Part shown: piece after piece, positions 8,279 through 18,106 of the stretch
Layout of the letters: the number at the start of each line of letters is the position of its first letter
Position numbering within the stretch: the stretch's first letter is position 1
IMG/VR virus record: IMGVR_UViG_3300028585_000531
Coordinates: 1 to 37,238 of that record
Source: a virus
Taxonomy: Duplodnaviria > Caudoviricetes
Length of the DNA: 37,238 nt
Strand: one strand, 5' to 3'
Program-made: the position numbers and the translations under genes
Notes under the pieces: model-generated
Seen by the model: only the letters and a program-made list of their open reading frames with translations
What the model was told of the DNA's origin: nothing
Databases searched by the model: none

Positions 8279-8734
8279 GTGGATCTATTACCTGCTTATC
8301 AAGAAATGATCACGGTACACGGCTGGAATGGGACTGCCGCTACGCTGGGCATGAGCAAGTCGCAGCTTGAAGCGCGCGTGTACGAGGTCAAGGGCCAGGG
8401 TATGCGCGTGGATACCGCGCTGTTGATCCAGACGTACTCCGAGACCACGCATTTCGCCCAGGCGATCGCTGCGCAATCTGGCGGCGTGTTCATCCAGTTG
8501 CCCGAAGCAGATGGCGTCACCGGCGAGGAATTGCACGGCAAGTTCCACGAACTGTACGTCGAACTGGGGAACCTGTCGGCTACCTACACGGCGGCAATCC
8601 AGGACGGCCAGATCGACCAGCGTGAGCGCGCCGACCTGCAGGAAATCTCCCAGCAGATGCACAAGACCACGCGCGAGCTGATGGCATTGATGTTCCAGAT
8701 TTATTGCCGCCCCGCGGCTGACGACCAATGCTGA
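8279..8734 (+). CDS. YmfL/CII-like phage regulatory protein
   Basis: GW...AATLGMS...L..R, A..SGGVFI.LPE, A..DG.ID..E motifs; CII position; GTG start with AAGGA RBS. Confidence 0.72.
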   Translation: MDLLPAYQEMITVHGWNGTAATLGMSKSQLEARVYEVKGQGMRVDTALLIQTYSETTHFAQAIAAQSGGVFIQLPEADGVTGEELHGKFHELYVELGNLSATYTAAIQDGQIDQRERADLQEISQQMHKTTRELMALMFQIYCRPAADDQC

Positions 8735-11487
8735 CGCGCGACCAAGTCGTTGAACAGATGGCAGCTTCCGGCCTGCCAGCGCTGCCGTCAGGCCACCCGG
8801 TCCTGGACGGCAAGGCGCATCGCTTCGGCCCGAAGAAGAAGGCGTGGTACCTGCTGCATGAAATGCAACTCGACTCTGGCCGCCAGATCGTCACCGGCGC
8901 GTTCGGCATCTGGCAGGGCCAGGATCCGAACTCGATCACGGTCAAGGCAGAATGGGCCGGCGTGTCGGCGGAAGAACGTGCCGAGGCCGAGCGCAAGCAG
9001 GCCGCGTACGAGCACGCGCAGGCCGAGCGCAAGCAGCGCAAGGCCGAAATGGCCGCGAATCGCGCGCGTCAGGCGTGGACGGCAGCAGCAGACAGCGACG
9101 AGCCGTCGCCCTACCTGGCGCGCAAGCGCGTCGGCAGCGAGAAAACACGCGTCGACGCCGATGGCGTGCTGCTAATCCCAGTGTGCAAGTACAGCCCGGC
9201 CGGTGCAAGCCTGGCTGGGCTGCAGCGCATCCAGCCGGACGGCGAGAAGCGATTCAGCAGCGGCATCGACATGATTGCTGGCGGTTGTCTGCTTGGTCGC
9301 ATTAACGCCGATGCACCGCCCGCGCTGATTGAGATCGGGGAGGGCTATGCGACCTGCGAGACCGCGCGCATGGCGACTGACTTCGACACGCCGACGATGG
9401 TCGCGTTCAATGCTGGCAACCTGATGCCCGTCGCGCAGCAGCTGCGTCGTGACTTCCCTGACGCCCATTTGCTGTTCTTGGCCGATGACGACATGCGCAT
9501 CGTGGCCCGCTTGGGCGAGTTCCTGTTGAAGGAATTCGACACTGAGTGGGACCCCGTCATCGACGGCAACGACGTCGAGCTGACTTCGGCCGGCGGGGAC
9601 ACCGTGCGCGTGCGCGCTACTTGGCGAGAAGACCAGACCGGTACGCCATACATCGAGGCCGACATCCGCTCGGGCCGGCGCGTCCAGTTGACCAAGTTCG
9701 AGAACGCCGGGGTGTCGCGATCTCGCGCTGCGGCGCGTGCCGTGGGCAATGCCTCGGTCGTGATCCCGGTGTTCGCCGATCGCGCCGAGGACAGCAAGGA
9801 ATCCGACTTCAACGACTTGTACCTGGCTGAATCGCTGGACGTCGTGCGCGAGCAGCTGCTGGCGGCGCGCTCCCGCGCCCTCACCATTGCCGAGGCACCC
9901 CAGCCGACCGCTTTCAGTGACGAGCCGCCAGCATACCTGGATGATGCGCCGCCGCCGGATGCGCCTCCAGCAGCCGAACCTCAGGACATCGAGGGCGACA
10001 TGCGTGCGCCCACCCTGGAGGTGCTGCTCGCGCACTTCCAGCTGATCTATCCGACCACCGACGTGTGGGACAGCCGCCGCAAGCAGCGCCTGAAAAAATC
10101 GGCGTTTACAGCCTGGGTGGGCAAGGGACTGGCTGCTAGCTGGGAGAAGTCGACGAGCCGCCGAACCATCCAGCGCGACGCCCTGCCTACCCTGGTGGGC
10201 GGCAAGGCAGTCGAGGGCAACGGCAGCGGCGGCAAGCTTGGCGAGATGCTCGACAACCTCACGCTCCTGCGCGGCACAGAGACCGTGTGGGACGGCATCG
10301 GCCAGCAGGTCATGTCGCTGGGCGCGGTGCGCGCCGACTATACGGCCGAGCTGACCGGCAAATGGCAAGAGCATGCTCTGCGCAAAACGATCGAGGCGCG
10401 CAATTTGGTGTTCGATCCAACGCAACAGGCCGACCCGGTCAGCTGCGTCAACATCTTCCTGGGCTGGCCGCTCAAGCCGAAAGCTAGTCCCGCGCTGATC
10501 CAGCCTATCCTCGCGCTCCTTGCATCGCTGTGCGACGCCGAAGATCGGGCCGACGAATACATGGAGTGGATCCTGCGCTGGCTGGCCTACCCGCTCCAGC
10601 ACCCGGGCGCCAAGATGCAGACGGCGCTGCTGATGTTCGGCGAGAAGCAGGGCACCGGCAAGTCGCTGTTCTTCGAGGGCGTGATGCTGCCGATCTTCGG
10701 CGACTACGGCACGGTCGCCAGTCAACACCAGCTGGACTCGAGCTTCACGTCCTGGCGAAGTAAGAAGCTGTTCGTGCTGTTCGAGGAGGTGCTGTCGCGC
10801 GACGACAAGTACAGCCACAACGGCACGCTCAAGTACATGATCACCGGCAAGACCATGAACATCAACGAGAAGAACCTGCCGGCGCGCGACGAGCGAAACC
10901 ACATGAACTCGGTGTTCCTGTCGAACGAGCCGCAGCCGATCCCAATCGAACTGGAAGACCGGCGCTTCATGGTCATCGAGGCGCGCCGCAAGCAGGACCC
11001 GGCATTTTACGACCAGGTCAAGGATGCGATCGCTGCAGGTGCCATTGAAGCCTTCTATCACTTCCTGCTGGAGTTTCCCTTGGATGGCTTCAACGAGCAC
11101 ACCAAGCCGCCGATGACGCTGGCAAAGGAGCGCGTGATCGAATTCGGCCTAGCCGGCTGGATGTCGTTCCACCGGGCCTGGAAGGATGGCTATCTGGATG
11201 CGCCGTACTGCTCGTGCCTGTCCGAGGATCTGTACATCATTTACAAGCGGTGGTGCGACAAGAGCGGAGAGAAGCCACTCACGCTGTGCAAGTTCGCCGG
11301 CCTGATCGGTGGGCGTGAGACCAAGGCCAAGAAGTCTGTGGCCGTCGACAGCAAGCACAAGAAGACGCGGATGGTGTTTGTCGTGGACAACGACGATTTC
11401 CCGCACCCATTGGATGAACAGATCGCCAAGTTCCGGGAGCTGGGCAAGGTCCGTGCGGACCGTGCATTGCAGGGTTACGCAGAGTAG
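8728..11487 (+). CDS. Toprim primase fused to SF3/DUF5906-like helicase (replication protein)
   Basis: IGEGYAT, VAFNAGNL, LADDD, SDFNDL Toprim motifs; Walker A GEKQGTGKS, Walker B VLFEE, FLSNE and DRRF. Confidence 0.9.
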   Translation: MLTRDQVVEQMAASGLPALPSGHPVLDGKAHRFGPKKKAWYLLHEMQLDSGRQIVTGAFGIWQGQDPNSITVKAEWAGVSAEERAEAERKQAAYEHAQAERKQRKAEMAANRARQAWTAAADSDEPSPYLARKRVGSEKTRVDADGVLLIPVCKYSPAGASLAGLQRIQPDGEKRFSSGIDMIAGGCLLGRINADAPPALIEIGEGYATCETARMATDFDTPTMVAFNAGNLMPVAQQLRRDFPDAHLLFLADDDMRIVARLGEFLLKEFDTEWDPVIDGNDVELTSAGGDTVRVRATWREDQTGTPYIEADIRSGRRVQLTKFENAGVSRSRAAARAVGNASVVIPVFADRAEDSKESDFNDLYLAESLDVVREQLLAARSRALTIAEAPQPTAFSDEPPAYLDDAPPPDAPPAAEPQDIEGDMRAPTLEVLLAHFQLIYPTTDVWDSRRKQRLKKSAFTAWVGKGLAASWEKSTSRRTIQRDALPTLVGGKAVEGNGSGGKLGEMLDNLTLLRGTETVWDGIGQQVMSLGAVRADYTAELTGKWQEHALRKTIEARNLVFDPTQQADPVSCVNIFLGWPLKPKASPALIQPILALLASLCDAEDRADEYMEWILRWLAYPLQHPGAKMQTALLMFGEKQGTGKSLFFEGVMLPIFGDYGTVASQHQLDSSFTSWRSKKLFVLFEEVLSRDDKYSHNGTLKYMITGKTMNINEKNLPARDERNHMNSVFLSNEPQPIPIELEDRRFMVIEARRKQDPAFYDQVKDAIAAGAIEAFYHFLLEFPLDGFNEHTKPPMTLAKERVIEFGLAGWMSFHRAWKDGYLDAPYCSCLSEDLYIIYKRWCDKSGEKPLTLCKFAGLIGGRETKAKKSVAVDSKHKKTRMVFVVDNDDFPHPLDEQIAKFRELGKVRADRALQGYAE

Positions 11488-11694
11488 GAATCAAACCCTG
11501 CAAGCCGCAAACCCGCATGGATAGTGGGTTCTGGCAGGGTAGGCAGGGTTTGCGGGGTATAGCGCACGTATGCGCGAATAAATGAAATGGTGGGGCTGTC
11601 TTTTTTTTCACAGCCATATGTAAAACAACCCTGCATGCCTGCATACCCTGCCAAGAAGCAGTATCCATGCGGGCTTCAGACTTGCAGGGTTTGA
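11469..11694. repeat. putative replication origin: ~67-bp imperfect inverted repeat with GCAGGGT iterons
   Basis: Arms 11491-11558 and 11628-11694; seven exact GCAGGGT/ACCCTGC copies; AT-richer centre with a T8 run. Confidence 0.7.
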
Positions 11695-11734
11695 GAAACA
11701 GTCGGCAAAGCCGGAAATTGAGAGGTATGAAGCG

Positions 11735-12490
11735 ATGAGGATGAGTTTGCGGAGCAGTTTCCCGGCAGTGGCGGCCCAGATCGACGAACTGGGCCGCCGT
11801 GGGCCGGTGGTGGCGGCGATCGCGCTGACGCGCACGGCCAAGGACGTGCAGGACGCGATCAAGGCCGAGATGCGCTCGGTCTTCGATCGCCCGACCCCAT
11901 ACGCGCTGAACGGCACGTTCCTCAAGTCGGCGAACCGCAACAGCCTGGAGGCGCGCGTGTGGGTCAAGGACAACCCATTCGGCAATGGCACGCCAGCCGA
12001 CCGCTTCCTGGGCCCGCAGATCTTCGGCGGCTCGCGTGGCCACAAGGGCATGGAGCGCATGTTGCAGGCGAACGGCATGATGCCGCAAGGCTGGTTCGTC
12101 GTCCCGGGCGAGGGCGCCCAGCTGGACGGCAACGGCAACGTGCGCCGCGGCCAGATCCGCCAGGTGCTGTCGCAGCTCAAGGTGCAGCGCACGGGCGGCC
12201 ACGAATCACGCGCCACCGGCAGCCAGCGTTCGAACCGCACCATTGCCCGCCAGGGCGTCACCTACTTCGTTCTGCCGAACGGCAACAAGGGCCTGCTGCC
12301 GGGCATCTACATGAAGCGCAAGTTCGCCCAGGGCAGCGCGATCAAGCCGGTGTTCATCTTCGTGTCGCAGGCCCAGTACACGCAGCGCCTGCGCTTCCAC
12401 GAAGTCGGGCAGGCCGTGGTCGACGCGCAGTTCGCGCGCCACTTCGAGGCCGAGTTCAACCGGCCGCGCCCGGGGGCTGCTGGCAGCTGA
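11735..12490 (+). CDS. basic phage protein, possibly gpZ-like neck/tail-completion family
   Basis: A.ALTRTAK...VFDRPTPY.LN pattern seen in pre-terminase genes; family call is tentative. Confidence 0.6.
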   Translation: MRMSLRSSFPAVAAQIDELGRRGPVVAAIALTRTAKDVQDAIKAEMRSVFDRPTPYALNGTFLKSANRNSLEARVWVKDNPFGNGTPADRFLGPQIFGGSRGHKGMERMLQANGMMPQGWFVVPGEGAQLDGNGNVRRGQIRQVLSQLKVQRTGGHESRATGSQRSNRTIARQGVTYFVLPNGNKGLLPGIYMKRKFAQGSAIKPVFIFVSQAQYTQRLRFHEVGQAVVDAQFARHFEAEFNRPRPGAAGS

Positions 12491-12642
12491 GGCGACGGGG
12501 CCACCCCCTCCCCGGGGGTTAGGTTCTTCCTGGGGTAGGGCTAGCAAGGGTAATTCAGGCCCCGTCATCGCACTAGCGGAACAAAAAAACATTTCCTGAC
12601 AATTGACCTGACAACGAATCGATATGACGCAAAACCTGACAA
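12491..12642 (+). other. putative cos packaging region
   Basis: Immediately upstream of terS; AGGTTCTTCC (cosQ-like), GGGTAATTC, and three CCTGACAA direct repeats. Confidence 0.55.
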
Positions 12643-13193
12643 CCGTCGCCGAGTGGGCCAAGCTGGTGGGCATATCGCGCCAGTCCGCATACGAGGCGGT
12701 GACCAGGTGCAGCATCCCGGTCACCGACGGGAAGCTCGACCCGGACTACGCGACGCACCTGTACCAGAAACACACCCGCCCGCGCGCGAACGCCCAGCGA
12801 CCTGCCCCCATGGCAAACGAGGCGCCCGCCAGCACCCCGGCGGGTGCGGGAGGTGCGGAGACTGATGCGAAGCGGGCGACGGTCCCCGGCTACGATACGA
12901 GCCGCGCACGACGGGAGGCAGCGGAGGCAGCGGCCGCCGAGATCAAGCTGGCCGAAATGTCGGGGCAGTTCCTGCTCAAGGCCGACGTCGACGCTGCCGC
13001 GTTCGAGGCGGCGCGTGCACTTCGCGACGGGCTGATGAACTGCGCTCGCCGCATCGCTGCCGATGTGGCGCCGTTGCGTACCGCCGAGGAGTGCGAGGAC
13101 GTGATCGAGCGCGAGATGCGCGCGCTGCTGGAGAGCATGGCCCACACGTTCGGCGAGCGCCTGGACGTGCAGCTGGAGGAGCAAGCGGGATGA
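12624..13193 (+). CDS. terS: terminase small subunit
   Basis: N-terminal HTH (EWAKLVGISRQSAY), Y..SRARRE coiled coil; directly before terL. Confidence 0.82.
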   Translation: MTQNLTTVAEWAKLVGISRQSAYEAVTRCSIPVTDGKLDPDYATHLYQKHTRPRANAQRPAPMANEAPASTPAGAGGAETDAKRATVPGYDTSRARREAAEAAAAEIKLAEMSGQFLLKADVDAAAFEAARALRDGLMNCARRIAADVAPLRTAEECEDVIEREMRALLESMAHTFGERLDVQLEEQAG

Positions 13194-15187
13194 TTGGCCT
13201 GATGCCAGCGGCAAGCCTCCTGCGCCCCGCGATCGCGCGCGGGCTGCTGCCTGACCCGAACATGACGGTCGACGCGTGGGCCGACCAGCACATGATCATC
13301 CCGAAGGAGTCGGGCGCAAACGAGTCGGGCAAGTACCGCACCGACCGCACGCCGCACGCCCGCGAGGTGATGCGCGCGCTGTCCGACAACCACCCATGCA
13401 AGGTCGTCGCGCTGATGGGGGCGTCGCAGATGCTCAAGACGCAGGTCGGCTTAAACTGGTTCTGCTGCTCAGTGCACCAGTCGCCTGCGAACTTCCTGTG
13501 GATCCTGCCGACCGGCAAGCTGGCGAAGCGCACCAGTGCCCGCGTGAGCAAGACCATCGCGGCTGTGCCGCCTGTGCGCGAGCGCGTTGCAGCGCCCCGT
13601 GCCCGCGACTCCGTCAACACGCTCGACACCAAGGAATACATCGGCGGCTCGCTGCACATCGTGACCGCCGGCGCTGCCGCCAACCTGTCGGAGATCCCGG
13701 CCCGTCGCGTGCTGTTCGATGAGGTTGACCGTGCGGACAACAACGTCAACGGCGAGGGCGATCCTGTCGCCCTGGCGAAGGCGCGCCAGACCACGTTCGA
13801 GCGCAACCGCAAATCCTACTTCCCGAGCTCGCCGACCGTTACCGGCCGCTCGATCATCGAAGGCCTGTTCAAGCGGGGGACGCAGCGCGAGGCGCTGGCC
13901 GACTGCGTGCATTGCGGCCACGCGCAGCCGATGGTGTTCGAGCGCCTCCAGGAGGACGATGCCGGCGAAGCCATCTACCCATGCTGCGAGTGCGGTGCAT
14001 TCATGCGCGAAACCGACAAGGGCCGCATGTACGCGCGTGGCGCATGGTCGGATGGCGTGCCTGGTGATGGCGAGACCGAGAGCTTCGTCATCAGTGGGAT
14101 GTTCGCGCCATATGGCTGGGTGCCGTGGAAGACGCTGCTACTCGAGTACCGCGCCGCCCGCGCCCGGCTCGACGAGGGCAGCGACGAACTGATGATCACG
14201 TTCTACAACACGCGCCTGGCGCGCTGCTGGGAGCGCAAGAAAGAACAGACTAAGGCATCCGAACTGAAAGAGCGTGCCGGCGGCTACAAGCTCGGCACGG
14301 TACCGATGGGCGGCCTGCTGCTCACTGGCGCCGTCGATACCCAGAACGACCGCCTCGAATTGAAGGTGGTCGCCTGGGGCGAGGGCATGGAAGACTGGAT
14401 CGTCGATTACCAGGTGGTGTGGGGATCGCCGACCGAGCAGGCCACGTGGGACAAGCTCGACGTGCTGCTGAAATCGAAGTACCGCCACGCGGGCGGGCGC
14501 GAGATCGGCATTGCGGCGGTGTTCATCGACTCCGGTGGTGCTCACACCAACGAGGTCTACAACTTCACGCGCACCCGCCAGCACCGACACATCTACGCGG
14601 TCAAGGGCGCCTCGACTTCGAACAAGCCGATCCTGGCGGTCAAACCGACGCTGGTCGACGTGAACTGGATGGGCAAAGTCATGCCGCACGGCGCCAAGAT
14701 GTGGCTGATCGGTACCGACACCGCGAAGGATTATCTCGCCAGCCGCTACCACTTGGCCCACGGTCCGGGCGCGACGCACTTCCCCGACGGACTGGCAGAC
14801 GAGTACTACGACCAGTTGACCGCCGAGTACAGCGTCACCGTCTGGAAGCGTGGCCGCAAGGTGCGCGTCTGGGAGAAGAAGAAGAACGACCGCAACGAGG
14901 CCGGCGACTTGATGGTCTACAACCTGGCTGCGGCGCATTACCTGGGCTTGCACAAGAAAACCGCCAGCCAGTGGCAGCTGGTGCGCGAGATCGTTGTCCC
15001 AAGCACGCCCGACCTGTTCAGCGATCCGGCCCCGGTGGATCAGATTGCCATCGACGCCGCTGTCACCGTCAACTCGATTGCACCCGTACCAACCGCACCA
15101 TCACCACAAATACAAGAACCATGGAAACCGAAACCGCAATCGACCCCATCACCCCAGCCGCGCCGGCCCGTCGGGAGACAGTGGTGA
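13190..15187 (+). CDS. terL: terminase large subunit, lambda gpA family
   Basis: GASQMLKT Walker A variant, VLFDEVD, SSPT, CxxC pairs, AVDTQ..RLE, IDSGG, RNEAGD; ATG at 13190 overlaps the terS stop. Confidence 0.93.
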   Translation: MIGLMPAASLLRPAIARGLLPDPNMTVDAWADQHMIIPKESGANESGKYRTDRTPHAREVMRALSDNHPCKVVALMGASQMLKTQVGLNWFCCSVHQSPANFLWILPTGKLAKRTSARVSKTIAAVPPVRERVAAPRARDSVNTLDTKEYIGGSLHIVTAGAAANLSEIPARRVLFDEVDRADNNVNGEGDPVALAKARQTTFERNRKSYFPSSPTVTGRSIIEGLFKRGTQREALADCVHCGHAQPMVFERLQEDDAGEAIYPCCECGAFMRETDKGRMYARGAWSDGVPGDGETESFVISGMFAPYGWVPWKTLLLEYRAARARLDEGSDELMITFYNTRLARCWERKKEQTKASELKERAGGYKLGTVPMGGLLLTGAVDTQNDRLELKVVAWGEGMEDWIVDYQVVWGSPTEQATWDKLDVLLKSKYRHAGGREIGIAAVFIDSGGAHTNEVYNFTRTRQHRHIYAVKGASTSNKPILAVKPTLVDVNWMGKVMPHGAKMWLIGTDTAKDYLASRYHLAHGPGATHFPDGLADEYYDQLTAEYSVTVWKRGRKVRVWEKKKNDRNEAGDLMVYNLAAAHYLGLHKKTASQWQLVREIVVPSTPDLFSDPAPVDQIAIDAAVTVNSIAPVPTAPSPQIQEPWKPKPQSTPSPQPRRPVGRQW

Positions 15188-15477
15188 ACCCCGATATCCT
15201 TGACGACCCGGATCTGATCGACGCCATCTTCGCGTTCATCTCAATCGAGTTTCCAGAAATGAAAGAGCGCGCCGCTGAGCTCAAGCAGATGGCGCGCCGG
15301 GAGTTCGCCGGCATCGAGACCTATATCCCGCGCCGTCCCAAGGCCGAGCGCGACCGGATCGTGCTGGAGGTCATGCGGATGTTTGACGGCCGCAATGCGA
15401 CCGAGGTGGCGCGGCGGTTGAACATCAGCAGGGCGTCGGTGTACCGGATCATCAAGACCCCGGGCGGAAAGAAATAA
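15184..15477 (+). CDS. Mor/C-family transcription activator (97 aa)
   Basis: EFAG..TYIPR...RD..V...FDGRNATEVARRLNISRASVYRII; GTGA overlap with the terL stop. Confidence 0.82.
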   Translation: MNPDILDDPDLIDAIFAFISIEFPEMKERAAELKQMARREFAGIETYIPRRPKAERDRIVLEVMRMFDGRNATEVARRLNISRASVYRIIKTPGGKK

Positions 15478-15518
15478 TCTCAGTTTTCCGGGAAATGAGA
15501 CAGCCGGCCCGCTAACGT
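15476..15518 (+). promoter_or_regulatory. late promoter 1 (activator-box motif + -10)
   Basis: AATCTCA-GTTTTCCGGGAAA-TGAGACA, then 10 nt, then TAACGT. Confidence 0.75.
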
Positions 15519-15524
15519 GAGGGC

Positions 15525-15737
15525 ATGGCTATCTCACAAAATGACATCGATGCGCTGGACGCCGCGATTGCTTCCGGCGCGAAGTCGGTGATGTTCGACG
15601 GGCGAACCCTCGTCTACCAAAGCACCGCGGAAATGATCGCTGCACGCGATCACGCCGCGCGCGTCCTCAACGGCAGCCTGCAGAACCGCGGCCCGCGCCT
15701 GTTCCGATTCGGATTCACCACGCACAGGGGCGATTGA
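15525..15737 (+). CDS. gpW-like head completion protein
   Basis: Q.DIDALDAAIASG.KSV.FDGR.L.YQS..EM; lies between terL and portal. Confidence 0.82.
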   Translation: MAISQNDIDALDAAIASGAKSVMFDGRTLVYQSTAEMIAARDHAARVLNGSLQNRGPRLFRFGFTTHRGD

Positions 15738-17218
15738 TGCGCAACATCATCGACCGCCTAATCGGCTACGTGAACCCGCACGCCGGCATCGCCCGCCACT
15801 TCGCCCGCCGTCAGTTGCAGCGCGCGTACGAGGCGGCCAGCCCGCGTGACACCTGGCGCCCACGGCGCGCCGGTGCGAGCGCCAATGCCGACCACCAGGC
15901 CGACGCCCGCACGCTGCGCGTCAAGGCGCGCGCCCTGGTGCAGAACGTCCCCTACATCTGGGCCGGCATGGACGGCCTGGTCGCGGCCACGGTCGGCGAG
16001 GGGATCATCCCGCGCCCGACCGGCCCTGAAAAAGACAAGCTTAGCAAGCTGCTGAAATCCTGGATCAAGGTGTGCGATGCCGACGGGAGGTTCGATCTGT
16101 TCGGCATGACCAAGGCCGCGTACTGGGCCATGGAGCAGGACGGCGAGGTGCTGGTGCGCAAGCGCACGCGGCGCGCCTCGGATGGCCTGCCGGTACCGCT
16201 TCAGCTTCAACTGCTGGAGATCGACTGGCTCGACAGCGCCCGCACGGGCACGCTCAACGGCAACCAGATAATCAACGGGATCGAGTACGACATGCTCGGC
16301 GCGGTCGCTGCGTATTACCTGTGGGACCAGCACCCGGGCGAAGTCGCTGTTGCACGTGGCCGCTCGCAGAGCCAGCGGGTGCCGGCGAACCAGATCATCC
16401 ACCTGTTCAACCCGTCCCGTCCAGGGCAGGGCCGCGGCTTCTCACGCCTGGCCCCAGTGATTGCGCGCGTGCGCGACCTGCAGCTGTACGAGGATGCCGA
16501 GCTGGCGCGCAAGAACCTGGAAAGCCGACTGTCGGTCCTGGCCAGCGGCGACATGAACGCGATGGACAACCCAGCAGCCATGGGCGGTGGCGGCGAGCCG
16601 CAGGGAGGTGGCGTCCGTGACCTGGGCGAGCTGGGCGGCGGCGCGATCTTCGGCATGCCGAACGGGATGAGTTTCACCGTCGTCGAACCGAAGGCCGCGC
16701 CGGGTTACGTCGAGTACGTCAAATTCGCACTGCACCTGATCGCATCCGGCATGGGTGTGCCGTACCACCTGCTCACTGGCGACATGAGCGCCGTGAACTA
16801 TAGCAGCGCCCGCGTGCGTATCCTGGACTTCCGTCGCGCGGTCAACCAGATGCAGTGGTTGACCCTGATCCCCAAGCTGCTGGTGCCGATCTACGACGCC
16901 TTCGTCGAGCACGCCTACCTGGCTGGCCTGATCAGGATACTCGACAAGGCGGTCGATTTCAGTCCACCGAAATGGGATTACGTGAACCCGGAGCAGGACG
17001 TGAAAGCTGACCTGGCCGAAATTGGCGGCGGCCTGTCCAGCTTCAGCGAGAAACTGCGGCAGCGGGGGTATGACCCGGATGTCGTGTTCGCCGAGCTCAA
17101 GGACGATATCGACAAGCTCAAAGAGATGGGCATTCTCGACACGCTGCTGTTCATGCAGCGGGGGAACCTGCCGACGCCAGACAAGGCCAAGGACGACGGC
17201 GCGGCGCAGCCAGCATAG
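15737..17218 (+). CDS. portal protein, lambda family
   Basis: R.KARALVQN, DGEVL, LQLLEID.L, RPGQ.RG, LTGDMS.VNYSSAR, W.YVNP..D. Confidence 0.93.
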   Translation: MRNIIDRLIGYVNPHAGIARHFARRQLQRAYEAASPRDTWRPRRAGASANADHQADARTLRVKARALVQNVPYIWAGMDGLVAATVGEGIIPRPTGPEKDKLSKLLKSWIKVCDADGRFDLFGMTKAAYWAMEQDGEVLVRKRTRRASDGLPVPLQLQLLEIDWLDSARTGTLNGNQIINGIEYDMLGAVAAYYLWDQHPGEVAVARGRSQSQRVPANQIIHLFNPSRPGQGRGFSRLAPVIARVRDLQLYEDAELARKNLESRLSVLASGDMNAMDNPAAMGGGGEPQGGGVRDLGELGGGAIFGMPNGMSFTVVEPKAAPGYVEYVKFALHLIASGMGVPYHLLTGDMSAVNYSSARVRILDFRRAVNQMQWLTLIPKLLVPIYDAFVEHAYLAGLIRILDKAVDFSPPKWDYVNPEQDVKADLAEIGGGLSSFSEKLRQRGYDPDVVFAELKDDIDKLKEMGILDTLLFMQRGNLPTPDKAKDDGAAQPA

Positions 17219-17262
17219 AACCGAAAACCCACAACCTCAAATCGAATTTAGAAAGGCAGCTC

Positions 17263-17694
17263 ATGCCAGCAATGCAAATTCTTCCAGACTTCTACGAGCA
17301 GCTGCTGTCTGGTGTGCACAACTTTCGCACCCACGTTTTCAAAGCTGTATTGACCAACACCGCACCAAGCGCTGCAAGCAAGGTGCTTGCCGATATCGCA
17401 CAAGTGGGCGGCGGCGCATATACGGCGGGCGGCTACGTGCTGGACGGCGTGACGCTATCGCGTACGGGCGCTGTGGCAAAGGTCGCGATCTCCGATGAGA
17501 ACATCGCCGCCAGCGGCGGTTCGATCGGGCCGTTTCGTTACGCAGTGGTGGTCAACGACACCGCCAACGGCAAGCCGCTGGTGGGCTATATCGATCGCGG
17601 CGAAAGTATCACGCTGGGCGATGGCGACAATGTGGTACTGGACTTCGACCCCGACAAGGGCGTGGTCACCATGGAGGCGAAGAGTGTCGCCTGA
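17263..17694 (+). CDS. putative virion structural (fibre-associated) protein, 143 aa
   Basis: Beta-rich; YTAGG...IGPFRYAVVVNDT...LVGYID.G.SITL; AAAGG RBS. Confidence 0.6.
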   Translation: MPAMQILPDFYEQLLSGVHNFRTHVFKAVLTNTAPSAASKVLADIAQVGGGAYTAGGYVLDGVTLSRTGAVAKVAISDENIAASGGSIGPFRYAVVVNDTANGKPLVGYIDRGESITLGDGDNVVLDFDPDKGVVTMEAKSVA

Positions 17695-18106
17695 TAAACA
17701 AACAGAGCTGCGCGCCCGCGCGCACGCTGACCCGACCTGTTCTGCTGCACTGGCGGCGGGCGACTGCGCGGCCTTGGCCGAGTTGCTGTCCGCTGGTCGC
17801 ACTTGCAAGAACGACCGTGAGATCGGCTATGGCACGATCCTGGAGACGATCGGGATCGAGGCCGGCAACCAGCTGATCGACCATCTCCAGGCCGCGAATG
17901 ACATGCGCCACGTCGTCCCGCTGCTCGACCAGGGCAGGCTGCGCATTGGTTCTGCGATGGTGCAGGCCAGCCTGCGTGCGTTTGGCGCCGACGTGATCAC
18001 GCCTGCCGATGCCGAGATCCTGTGCGCGCTGGGCCAGCAGCCAGACCCGCTCACGGCGCATGAGGTAGCCGAAGCACTGTTCAACCCCGATGGAAGTGAG
18101 AAGTAA
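17684..18106 (+). CDS. hypothetical helical protein, possible fibre chaperone (140 aa)
   Basis: GGAGG RBS, GTG start at 17684; coupled to neighbours. Confidence 0.55.
   Translation: MSPDKQTELRARAHADPTCSAALAAGDCAALAELLSAGRTCKNDREIGYGTILETIGIEAGNQLIDHLQAANDMRHVVPLLDQGRLRIGSAMVQASLRAFGADVITPADAEILCALGQQPDPLTAHEVAEALFNPDGSEK

Noticed and set aside
11690-11734. Fourth late-promoter motif upstream of the 11735 gene (GGAAATTGAGAG)
   Set aside because: Only a degenerate right half; no TCTCA left half and no correctly spaced -10
13091-13189. N-terminal extensions in the ORF track (terL from 13091, cI from 7807, Mor from 14419, Rz from 34108 and others)
   Set aside because: They overlap upstream genes or promoters; downstream starts with stop/start coupling or RBS fit better
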